A stretch of 30,393 nt of DNA, from positions 1-30,393 of the forward strand of contig NW_021832874.1 of NCBI RefSeq assembly GCF_006345805.1, written 5' to 3'. The translations under genes were made by a program, and so were the position numbers. The stretch comes from Octopus sinensis. Its lineage: Eukaryota. Each line of letters begins with the position of its first letter. The first letter of the stretch is position 1. Below are positions 10,842 through 22,305 of the stretch, piece by piece. The notes under the pieces are model-generated. The model saw nothing but the letters and a program-made list of their open reading frames with translations, was not told the DNA's origin and ran no database searches.

Positions 10842-11395
10842 GCCCTGATGCAGTACCAGGCAGTGGCTCTCATGGCTTCTGATCTTAACTGATTGGAAGT
10901 GTTATCATGTACATTGTTTTGTCTTGGTATAAAAGATGGGCTACAGCAAATATTCTGCTCAATACCACAGATTTGCTTGTCAGTTGTTTGACCTTAACCA
11001 GTTGAGCATGTCCCTTAGTGGCTGACGATATGTGCATCTCTGATCACGAGCAGAAGTAGTGGGGGAGCATCATAGCCATGTGTTGAGAGGGATTCTTTGG
11101 GGTTTGAATAGTTCACCTCTGGAAACATGGGTGGTTCTTTCAACATCCTTAAGCAACCCTTATTCAGGGACCGTTTGAGCGGGATGGGCTACTCAACCTG
11201 AAGAAAATTCTAACTGGGCCCTACCTGCAAGGTCATGTGCTGTTTATCTTGATATGAGATCACCATGTCGCGCACATATGGTTGTGATGCATGTGCCTGG
11301 TGTACCTTTATCAGACGGGTAGTCATGATGGGTATATTGGGCTTCGTATATTTTACCCCAGTGTCACTTTGATGGCATGAACTGCTCTCTCACTC
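10839..11395 (+). mobile_element. ~557-bp non-coding interspersed element flanked by (TAA)n
   Basis: Homologous end-to-end with 21686-22243 and 22321-22877; both ends abut (TAA)n; no ORF. Confidence 0.85.
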
Positions 11396-11414
11396 ATAAT
11401 AATAATAATAAGGT

Positions 11415-11826
<412 letters not shown>

Positions 11827-11839
11827 CACGATGTTGCCG

Positions 11840-11991
11840 TTGATGATGATGGTGATGATGATGATAGAAATGCTAACGACGATGAAGATGATGATGATGA
11901 TAATAATTAAGATGCTGCTATTGTTAGTGTTGTTGTTGTTGTTGATGATAGTACTGATGACGATGACGATGATGATGACGACGACGACGAC

Positions 11992-12050
<59 letters not shown>

Positions 12051-12096
12051 GATGACGATGACGATGACGATGATTATGACGATGATGATTGATGAC

Positions 12097-12134
<38 letters not shown>

Positions 12135-12178
12135 CGATGATGATGATGATTGACGATGATGATGATGATGATGATGAA

Positions 12179-12237
<59 letters not shown>

Positions 12238-12255
12238 GATGACGATGATGATGAC

Positions 12256-12302
<47 letters not shown>

Positions 12303-12321
12303 CGATGACGATGACGATGAC

Positions 12322-12362
<41 letters not shown>

Positions 12363-12467
12363 CGACGACGATGATGATGATGATGATGTGATGATGATGA
12401 TGATGATGATGATGACGATGATGATGACGATGATGATGATGATGATGATGATGATGCTGATGCTGCT

Positions 12468-12498
<31 letters not shown>

Positions 12499-12507
12499 AT
12501 GATGCTG
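11840..12507. repeat. ~670-bp (GAT)n microsatellite with GAC interruptions
   Basis: Directly visible. Confidence 0.97.
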
Positions 12508-12904
12508 ATGTGTCTCGCTCAAATTGCACCGACTTATAAAAGCCTTGTTCCACCAATTAAGTGAGCCAAGGTTTATAATTTCAGGTGAAACTTAGTCTGG
12601 CGCCGGAAGTGATGCCGCCATTGTTACCCTTCTTTCCTCTTCGGTGTTTTCTCGTGTTTTTCTCGTTCACCTTTGTTGCTGATAGTATCATTATCATCAT
12701 TCTCATTAATGTTGCTGCAGTTGTTGTTGTTGTTGTTGTGATTATTATTGGGTTGTTTTTTTTGTTTTTTTTTATCTCCCTATTTTATCGATCATCGTGT
12801 GAGGCGTTGTTCCAGTGCATTCAGATGTTTCCTAATATATTTGCACTTGCCGCACACGAACAAATTGATAATCTACGTCGCCTCCATAATAAAGAAAGAA
12901 ATTT

Positions 12905-13088
12905 TTGAACTTGGCAGAATCGTTAAAGTCGGACAAAAAATATTGCGATTTTTGTTCAGTCTCTACGTTCTGAGTTCAAACCTACGGAGTTAGCTTTTAT
13001 TTTTATCCTTTCGGCGTCTATAAAATAAATTACTAGCGAAGTACTGAGGTTGATTTCATTGATTTAATCTTTTCCCCAAAATCTTTGG
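12905..13088 (+). mobile_element. SINE family A, old and diverged copy
   Basis: TGGCAGAATCGTTA...TTCTGAGTTCAAA...TTTTATCCTTTCGG...ATAAAATAA collinear with the family consensus. Confidence 0.65.
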
Positions 13089-13110
13089 CTTTGAGCCAAT
13101 GTAGGAAATA

Positions 13111-13164
<54 letters not shown>

Positions 13165-13170
<6 letters not shown>

Positions 13171-13256
13171 CATGAACTTCCAACCTGTTGTCTCTTGAGG
13201 TCTCTGGGTGAGACTTGGAGCCAACTTGTACAAATATAAAGCAAAAGTAAAACATA

Positions 13257-13259
<3 letters not shown>
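13165..13259 (+). mobile_element. Probable R4/Dong-type LINE 3' UTR fragment inside (AAT)n
   Basis: Near-identical to about 20503-20598; (AAT)n on both sides. Clade assignment is inferred from the (TAA)n context. Confidence 0.55.
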
Positions 13260-13973
<714 letters not shown>

Positions 13974-13982
13974 AGTCAATAT

Positions 13983-14123
13983 TTTATTTACTTTATTTAC
14001 GTTTGACAGATATTTGTTCTCATCTTGTTTGTTGTTAACACAACGTTTTGGCTGATATACCCTCCAGCCTTCATCAGGTGTCTTGGGCAATTTCGAACCT
14101 CATAAGGTATTTTTCGATGTTAT

Positions 14124-14154
<31 letters not shown>

Positions 14155-14355
14155 TAATAATAATTATTATTATTATTATTATTATTCAGGTCACTGTCTG
14201 GGTTCTCTTTCCTAAGGTATTTTTCGATGTTATTATTATTATTATTATTATTATCATTATTATTATTATTATTATACGGTCACTGCTTGAAATCGAATTC
14301 GGAATGATTGGGTTAGTAGCCTGCGCTCTTAACCACTACGCCATATGCCCGTGGG
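13983..14355 (-). mobile_element. Complete tRNA-headed, (AAT)n-containing, hammerhead-bearing SINE-like element
   Basis: Minus strand: tRNA-like head (14275-14355), (AAT)n, internally duplicated linker, hammerhead 14038-14081 (G12 mutated: CCAAAACG), tail CTGTCAAACGTAAATAA. Confidence 0.82.
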
Positions 14356-14697
14356 CAAAAATCCGTCAAATGTAAATAGTGTAAATAGTGTACATAATTC
14401 CGCATCTCTTAAATATGGAACTGTTATTTTAATTTGTTAATTATCCAATCTCATTGACAGTTTTCTTTAAAAATAAGGATTCGTTTTTTTTTTTAATCAA
14501 TAGTTTGGTGATCGAACCATGTGGTTGGTAAGCAAGCTACTTACCACACAGCCACGTGTCTTTATCTCTTGCATGTTGTTTTTGTTTTGTTTTCGGTGCA
14601 ATTTGTTTGAATACACATAAAATGTTGAGGGACATTGTTCTCAAATCTGATATTATCTACGATTATATTCATATAATTACAATAGAATGTAAACAAT

Positions 14698-14855
14698 GTA
14701 GGAGTGGCTGTGTGGTAAGAAGGTTGCTTCCCAGCCACATGGTTCCTGGTTCAGTCCCACTGTGTGGCCACTTGGGCAAGCGTCTTCTGCTATAGCCTTG
14801 GGTCGACCAAAGTTGTGAGTGGATTTGGTAGACGGAAACTGAAAGAAGCCCGTCG

Positions 14856-14887
<32 letters not shown>

Positions 14888-15093
14888 AATGTTTGTGTGT
14901 CTGTGTTTGTCCTCCCACCATCGCTTGACAACCGATGTTGGTGTGTTTACATCACCGAAACTTAGCGGTTCGGTAAAAGGGACCGATAGAATAAGTACTT
15001 GGCTTACGAAGAATAAGTCCTGGGATCGATTTGTTCGACTAAAGGCGTTGCTCTAGCATGAACGCAGTCAAAATGTCCGACACAAGTAAAAGA
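14698..15093 (+). mobile_element. SINE family B, full length
   Basis: Head, CORE-like block, (TA)n and tail all present. Confidence 0.9.
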
Positions 15094-15351
15094 AAATTCG
15101 ACATTAAATGAGTCAGAGATCTAGATAATTCTTCAAATTTGTAATTTTTAATTCAGCAACAAAAAAAAAAGAAAAAACAAAAAAGAAAAACGCGCCTGAT
15201 TTTCCTTCCGACGAATATCGTCTGCACGTTGTAATTTCTTATTATGGAGAGGAGGATTAAAGCCTGGCCTCGGGCGATAGTGTTCAAATATTATACAAAA
15301 CTGTTATTCAGAACCTCGAACTAAATATGCAACGAAGGCTATTCTTCTATA

Positions 15352-15744
15352 GGTGGAGGCGCAATGGCCCAGTGGTTAGGGCAGCGGACTCGCGGTCATA
15401 GGATCGCGGTTTCGATTCCCAGACCGGGCGTTGTGAGTGTTTATTGAACGAAAACACCTAAAGCTCCACGAGGCTTCGGCAGGGGATGGTGGTGATCCCT
15501 GCTGTACTCTTTCGCCACAACTTTCTCTCACTCTTACTTCCTGTTTCTGTTGTACCTGTATTTCAAAGGGCCGGCCTTGTCACTCTCTGTGTCACGCTGA
15601 ATATCTCCGAGAACTACGTTATGGGTACACGTGTCTGTGGAGTGCTCAGCCACTTACACGTTAATTTCACGAGCAGGCTGTTCCGTTGATTCGGATCAAC
15701 CGGAACCCTCGTCGTCGTAACCGACGGAGTGCTTCCATCCATCC
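15352..15744 (+). mobile_element. tRNA-derived SINE, family D (~390 bp), full length
   Basis: A-box TGGCCCAGTGG, B-box-like GTTTCGATTCC, (TCCA) tail; 11-bp TSD ATTCTTCTATA at 15341-15351 and 15745-15755; close homologue at 27817. Confidence 0.92.
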
Positions 15745-15924
15745 ATTCTTCTATAAGATACATCCATCACAACACTCACTTCCTTATCATCATGTCCGGA
15801 TGTAGCGAAGACAGAGAAGGACTTGGCAAAAAAGAGTCCAAACTCCATCAAAGACATCATTAAGTTGGCCACCTGATGTTTAGTGTATCGTGATGTCGTC
15901 AAGCAAACCTGAAATTCAACTTCA

Positions 15925-16690
15925 TCCGAAAGGATGAAAGGCAAAGTCGACCTCGGCGGAATTTGAACTCAGAACGTAACGACAGACGAATTTCGCCCGG
16001 CGTGCTAACGTTTCTACCAGCTCGCCGCCTTACAAGAATTTTTATATAGTTTACTTATTGTAGATATATAAAATTTAATATTTCTCAGTTTATAAAATTT
16101 AGATTTTTATTTACTTTAAAGTTTTTGAAAAAATTTGATTATTATAAGCGTTTATAGTTTTTGAGTTTTTGGTTGTAAAATGCCATCGCCAGTAAAAGCC
16201 ATCAACTAGCAGGACAAATGCAGGCGCTTGGGGTGATAATGTTCTTAACTAATTGAATCTGGGAGAAGTTCAAGACAAGAAGAGATGGATGTTTAAAAAT
16301 ATTCTTTTCTACTCTAGGCACAAAGGCCCGAAATTTTGGGAGAAGGGATAGTCGATTAGATCGACCCCATTGCGCAACTGGTACTTAATTTATCGACCCC
16401 GAAAGGATGAAAGGCAAAGTCGTCCTCGGCGGAATTTGAACGTAGCGACAAACGAAATACCGTTAAGTGTTTCGCCCGGTATCCTAACGACTGCCAGCTC
16501 GCCGCCTTACAAGACACAATATATTATTTTCTACTCTAGGCACAAGGCTCGATATTGTGGGGGAGGGTGCCAGTTGATTAGATCGATCCCACTACGCAAC
16601 TGGTACTTAATTTATCGACCCCGAAAGGATGAAAGGCAAAGTCGCTAAGCATTTCGCCCGGCGTGCTAACGTTTCTGCCAACTCACTGTT
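15925..16690 (-). mobile_element. Cluster of three same-orientation family A SINE copies (about 15925-16031, 16305-16509, 16528-16685)
   Basis: Each contains GAAAGGATGAAAGGCAAAGTCG. Two carry tail variant 3 (CTTGTGCCTAGAGTAGAAAA); the third has an internal deletion. Confidence 0.85.
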
Positions 16691-17534
16691 TTGGAAGATT
16701 AAAAATATTACAACTGAAGTTGGAATTTCAATGTAAGCAATTTACGTTTTGTATAGATTCAGATTGAGAAAAGTTGGGAAAGAATAAAGAGAAAACACGC
16801 GTACCCTTAGCAAGCATGCTGATAATGTCGCTAAATTTAAGAGCCATTTTTGTTCCCATTGTGTTTACGTCTAATTGAAAATATACTTAATGGTTTAAGT
16901 TGATTTTGAGGAAGAATTTTCTGCACCTGGAGTAGGAGTGTTTGTTGATCAGCCTTTATAGAAGACATGGTCGTTGAGAGATGGGTATTTCTGGGTTTCA
17001 AGAACTAAAAAGTGTTGGATTTTCAGAAATTCTTGGGCATGGATTCTGAATCTTTTTAGTCTGAAATAGATGAATTTTCCTTTTTCAGTTAGGAAAGTTT
17101 GACTTCACAAATCCTTCAACCTCTCTTTTTAATTCTGAGTTGACGAGTGCATCCTAGTTACTCTTCCGCTAGAAAAGTTCATATATTTTTTCATCTAAAT
17201 ATCATCTCAACTATAACTGGAAAAACCTGAGAGAAGGCTAGCGAAATATTTTTAAAGTTTAAAAGAAGCTGCCTCTCCATTGTAGGCAAACGCTTCAATC
17301 CTCTCCCCAAAATCCTCACCATTTATTTTAGAAACAGTAAAAAGAAATTTCCATACAGGGTTTTTCTCCATAAGGGAGTAGATTCTAAAGAGGAGATGGT
17401 GGTATATTTTTACATTTAAATGAAACTAAAAACACAGTTTTATTTTTTATTTCAGTCCCAACTTTCGCTCCAGTATTTTTGACCTTCCATTACTTCTTAA
17501 CCCCTACTTTTCAGGGTTCAATTAATTAATAATG

Positions 17535-17965
17535 AATATTATAATTCCTTCCAAGGCGACGGACTAGCAGAACCGTTAACAAACCAGGCAAAATGCTTAA
17601 CGGTATTCCGTTTCTCTTTACATTCTAAGTTCAAATTCCGCCAAGGGGGTCGATAAAATAAGAACCAGCTGAGAACTGGGGTCGATGTAATCAACTTACC
17701 CGTTTCCCTGAAATTGCTGGCCTTGTACCAAATCCTGAAACCAATATTATAATTCCTTCCAAGGTGACGGACTGGCAGAGCCGTTAAACCAGGCAAAACG
17801 CTTAATGGCATTCCGTTTCTCTTTACATTCTAAGTTCAAATTCCGCCTAGGGGGGTCGATAAAATAAGAACCAGCTGAGAACTGAGGTCGATGTAATCAA
17901 CTTACCCGTTTCCCCGAAATTGCTGGCCTTGTGCCAAATCCTGAAACCAATCTTATCATTCCTTC
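17535..17965 (+). mobile_element. Tandem pair of family A SINEs in a TSD-SINE-TSD-SINE-TSD arrangement
   Basis: Units of 208 and 206 bp; flank AATATTATAATTCCTTC at 17535 and 17743, variant at 17949; both units share the same internal deletion. Confidence 0.88.
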
Positions 17966-18639
17966 TGTGTCCGCATTCCCCCCCCCCAAGTTATGTCATT
18001 GTTATTCTTCTGCCGAATTATGTCATCATCGATGTTCTTCCTCCATGACTTTGTTGTTGTTGTTGTTATTCATTATGTCATTGTTGACGTCGTTTCCATT
18101 ACATCATGCTTGCTCCTGCCGATTACGACGTTCATATCGCCGCCATATTCTTCTATAGTTGCTGCTACCGCTGCTGCTGTGCTGCTGCTGCTGCTGTTCT
18201 AATTGTTACTCTTGTTGTCACTGCTTCTCAGCCGCCGCTGCTGCTGCTGCTGCGAATTCGGTTGATTCTTTTCTCGGTGTCGCCGTCGCCATTGTTGTTG
18301 TTGCTGTTGTTGCTGTTGTTGTTCTTGTTGCTGTTGTTGTTGTTGTGGTTGCCCTGACATTCTTATTGTTGTTATTACTTTCGCTGCTTTTAACAGAAGA
18401 GATGTTTCGTGCCGCCCTTGCTGCTGTTGCTGCCGCCAGGGTCGCTGTGCTTTGTGTGTCATTGTTGATGTCCTATCGATTACCCTGTCGCCCCCCACCA
18501 CCACCCCCACAACTATCCTACCACCACCACCACCACCACCCATTTCCTCTATCAATCACCTCCGCCCCATCCTCTCCGATTAACAAAGATAGCGATGTCA
18601 TCTTGTGCGACGACGTGCCATTGGTGCATTTATGGGTCA

Positions 18640-19041
18640 ATGTGTATGCGTGTGGTGTGTGTGTGTGCGTGTGTGTGTGTGTGTGTATATGGAGGACTTC
18701 TATGTGTATGTGTGTGTGTGTGTCAGTGTTAGTATGTGCATTTGTGCCAGTGTGGGCACGTGTCAATGTGTTTGCGTAAGTGCAATTGTGTATGTGTGTG
18801 TGTGTGAGTGTGAGTGTGAGTGTGTGTGTGTGTGTGTGAGTGTGTGTGTGTGTGAGTGTGTGTGTGTGAGTGTGTGTGTGTGTGAGCGCCCAGTCATGTG
18901 TGGAAATGTAAATGTTTAACGATGCAAAGTCGGTTGATTGGTATTAAGGCACACACACACACGCGGCACAATACCACAACGGTATACATGTGTGTTTATG
19001 TATACATGTACACACACATGCGTACACAAAAACACACTCGC

Positions 19042-19070
<29 letters not shown>
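18640..19070. repeat. (GT)n/(GAGTGT) and (CA)n microsatellites
   Basis: Directly visible. Confidence 0.9.
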
Positions 19071-19072
<2 letters not shown>

Positions 19073-19073
<1 letters not shown>

Positions 19074-19233
19074 GACAGGTTTCTTTCAGTTTCCGTCTAC
19101 CAGATCCATGCACAAAGCTTCGGTCGGTCCGAGGCTATAGTATAAGACACTTGCGCAAGGCGCTACGCTGTGGGACTGAACTCAGAACTATGTGGTTGGT
19201 AAGTAAGCTACTTTCCACACAGCCACTCCTGCA
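19073..19233 (-). mobile_element. SINE family B, head and CORE-like part
   Basis: Reverse complement of the 14698 5' half. Confidence 0.85.
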
Positions 19234-19294
19234 CCTAAACCTAGTGGTTCGACAAAACAGACCGATATCTCCAGTACCAAGCTATAAAAAAATA

Positions 19295-19354
19295 AGTATT
19301 TGTATATGTATATGTATGTATGCGCCTATGTATATGTATGTATATGTATGTATG

Positions 19355-19386
<32 letters not shown>

Positions 19387-19506
19387 TGTATGTATGTATG
19401 TATGTATGTATGTATGTATGTATGTATGTACGCACGTATGTATGTATATATGTATGTATGTGTCTATCTATCTATCTATGTATCTATCTATCTATTTATC
19501 TATCTT

Positions 19507-19569
<63 letters not shown>

Positions 19570-19716
19570 CTCTCTCTATATATATATATATGTGTGTGTG
19601 TGTGTGGGGGGTGTGCGTGTGTGTTTATTTCTTACAGAAAAGATATGAACATACATACATTCATACATACATTCATACATACTTACATACATACATACAT
19701 ATATACGTATATATAT

Positions 19717-19750
<34 letters not shown>
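19295..19750. repeat. Compound (TATG)n/(TATC)n/(CATA)n/(TA)n microsatellite
   Basis: Directly visible. Confidence 0.95.
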
Positions 19751-19751
<1 letters not shown>

Positions 19752-19815
19752 TCGCCAGATAGATCGCTAGCCACTAAACCTCCTCTATTTTTTCTCCTTG
19801 TTTATTTTTGTGTTC

Positions 19816-19851
19816 CTTTCTGTTGAAGAGCGTAGGCTCGAAACGTAAAAG
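19816..19851 (+). ncRNA. Minimal type I hammerhead-like motif, family H2 (core variant CUGUUGA), in a Penelope-like terminal repeat (~19760-19925)
   Basis: CTTT-CTGTTGA-A-GAGC-GTAG-GCTC-GAAA-CGT-A-AAAG: stem I CTTT/AAAG, stem II GAGC/GCTC, palindromic stem III ACGT, GUA site. A6 is mutated. Confidence 0.7.
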
Positions 19852-19949
19852 ACTTTCTCACTCCCCGAGCGTTCAACTAATACATCTTTTGTTGTTTACA
19901 CACCCATCTTCATCTTTTGTTTTTTGTAGATAGATACATATACATACAT

Positions 19950-19981
<32 letters not shown>

Positions 19982-20113
19982 GCATGCATGCATATATACA
20001 TGCATACGAGTTACACCTGTCCCAAAAAGAACTACTCCATGTTCACTTGATGTTTCTGAATTCTATCTTGTATCTTATCTAAATTAACTATTTCTTAACC
20101 ATCCTCTCACACC

Positions 20114-20161
20114 GTCTCTGATGAAGGGATATAATAAATATCCTGGAAACAGCTGTAAGAC
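20114..20161 (+). ncRNA. Minimal type I hammerhead motif, family H3
   Basis: GTCT-CTGATGA-A-GGGATAT-AATAA-ATATCCT-G-GAAA-CAGCTGT-A-AGAC: stem I GTCT/AGAC, palindromic stem III ACAGCTGT, GUA site at 20155-20157. The base of stem II is imperfect. Confidence 0.78.
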
Positions 20162-20203
20162 CCTCTATCTATAAATGGTCTAAAATTTACACAGCCTTGA
20201 TCA

Positions 20204-20269
<66 letters not shown>

Positions 20270-20276
20270 TCACTAC

Positions 20277-20356
20277 CCACGGGCAAATGGCGTAGTGGTT
20301 AAGAGCGCAGGCTACTAACCCCAAGATTCCGAGTTCGATTTCAAGCAGTGACCTGA

Positions 20357-20420
<64 letters not shown>

Positions 20421-20594
20421 TTAAAAAAAACTTTTTTTTTTTTTTAGACATTCATTAGTACAACATCCCCACCCCCCAAATATATGGCACACTAGGCATA
20501 ACAACAACATGAACTCCCAACCCTGTTGTCTCTTGAGGTCTCTGGGTGAGACTTGGAGCCAACTTGTACAAATATAAAGCAAAAGTCAAACATA

Positions 20595-20635
<41 letters not shown>

Positions 20636-20782
20636 TCGAAAGCTATCTTAGGAATGACAATCCAGGTTCGAAATTTTCCCAAGACACCTGATGAAGGCTG
20701 GAGGGTATATCAGCCGAAACGTTGTGTTAACAACAAACAAGATGAGGACAAATATCCAGCAAATGTAAATAATGTAAATAAT
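20277..20782 (+). mobile_element. tRNA-headed hammerhead SINE-like element interrupted in its (AAT)n by a Dong-like 3' fragment (~20445-20598)
   Basis: A-box TGGCGTAGTGG 20288-20298, B-box-like GAGTTCGATTTC 20331-20342, (AAT)n, then body ACATCGAAAG...CCCAAGACACCTGATGAAGG as in 13983-14355. Confidence 0.78.
20684..20727 (+). ncRNA. Minimal type I hammerhead ribozyme motif, family H1, intact core
   Basis: ACAC-CTGATGA-A-GGCTG-GAGGGTATAT-CAGCC-GAAA-CGT-T-GTGT: stem I ACAC/GTGT, stem II GGCTG/CAGCC, palindromic stem III ACGT, GUU site. Confidence 0.82.
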
Positions 20783-20929
20783 GTTATTGCCGATTATATA
20801 TACTTTTATCTCATTTCCTCTCTTCTATTTTTCTTTCCTTCATCTTTATAAATACCTGCACAACTGTAAATTTTCCTTGTAATGTCCCCACCGCATCTGA
20901 TGCCTCCCTGAAAAACAAATTATTATTAT

Positions 20930-21578
20930 TGTCCGAGGTGTGTGCAGGGCGATGAAATCGTCCTGCATGCACTCGTCCAGTATCTGTGCATTACTGACCT
21001 GTGGAGTTTATTCGAACAGCTGTTGTAACGTGTAGGATGGACCCGGTTATCAGCTGAGTCCATTGTGAAAATCACCCCGGGTGGGAAAGGCAGTTTTCCT
21101 CTGCTATAGCGAAAGAGGTGGTGTGGTGGACGACGTTGAAAGGACTGAAGACAGATACTTTCTTCTTCGGCCGAGCCCTCATCGACTTTTACAAGTTTCA
21201 CTTGAAAAGGAAAGTGAGGGTAAAGAAGGAATTACTGCCCCACCCGTCTCAGTAAGTTTGTTGAAAGGTGGGTGAATGTTGCGAAAATGGCTCGTGTGGA
21301 ATGGGCCTACCCAGAATATTCGTCTGTAAGCCGGAGCAGTTGAGGGGAAGAGGGGTGCCTACCTGGCGTGCCCTTGGCAGTCGGAGTGACCAGCATGTGT
21401 GGGCTACTCTGGTTGGCCCTGGGTGGAAATCCCCCTATTGGGGGAATTATGTTGTTCAAATTTCTTTTGTTAATTGTTTTTGTTTTTATTGTTTACACTT
21501 TTTTCTCTGTTTAAATCCCTCTCGTCCCTTGTTTTGTATTGTCCCTAATTGCTTTGTATTCGGTCCTTGTGGCCAATG
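20930..21578 (+). mobile_element. 5'-truncated Tx1/L1-like LINE (ORF2 C-terminus with zinc knuckle, plus 3' UTR), pseudogenised
   Basis: Reads CPRCVQGDEIVLHALVQYLCITDLWSLFEQLL*RVG..., later WWTTLKGLKTDTFFFGRALIDFYKFHLKRKVRV; homologous to the 23634-24944 element. Confidence 0.85.
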
Positions 21579-21586
21579 AGGAAAGA

Positions 21587-21666
<80 letters not shown>

Positions 21667-21685
21667 CATTATTATTATTATTATT

Positions 21686-22267
21686 GAGTGAGAGAGCAGT
21701 GCATGTCATCAAAGTGACACTGGGGTAAAATATACGAAGCCCAGTATACCCATCATGACTACCCGTCTGATAAGGGTACACTAGGCACATGCATCACAAC
21801 CATATGTGCGTGACATGGTGATCTCAAATCAAAATAAACAGCGCATGACCTTACAGGTGGGGCCCAGTTAGAATTTTCTTCTGATCGAGTAGCCCATCCC
21901 GCTCAAAAGGTCCTTGAATAAGGATTGTTTAAGGATGTTGAATGAACCACCCATGTTTCCAAAGGTGAATTATCCAAACCTCTAGGAATCCCTCTCAACA
22001 CACGACTATGATGCTCCCCCACTACTTCTGCTCGTGATCAGAGATGCACATTTCGTCAGCCACTAAGGGACATGGTCAACTGGTTAAGGTCAAACAACTG
22101 ACAAGCAAATCTGTGGTATTGTGCAGAATATTTGCTGTAGCCCATGTTTTATACCAAGACAAAACAATGTACATGATAACACTTCCAATCAGTTAAGATC
22201 AGAAGCCATGAGAGCCACTGCCTGGTACTGCATCAGGGCATTTTATTATTATTTATTATTATTATTA

Positions 22268-22305
<38 letters not shown>

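Noticed and set aside
16790-17470. Unique-looking block as a coding exon or LINE ORF
   Set aside because: The frames I translated have frequent stops and no motif I can recognise; needs BLASTX.
18199-18555. Poly-Q ORF on the minus strand as a host exon
   Set aside because: Lies in mixed CAG/CAA repeats that are open in several frames; no recognisable domain or convincing splice pair. Cannot be fully excluded without RNA-seq.
20277-20357. Functional tRNA-Ser gene (and other SINE heads as tRNAs)
   Set aside because: A and B boxes are present, but there is no closing acceptor stem or variable arm, and the sequence continues into a repeat body.
19816-20727. Heterodimeric ribozyme between H2 and H1 through their shared ACGT stem III
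   Set aside because: A double hammerhead also needs cross-pairing of stem I, and CTTT cannot pair with GTGT.
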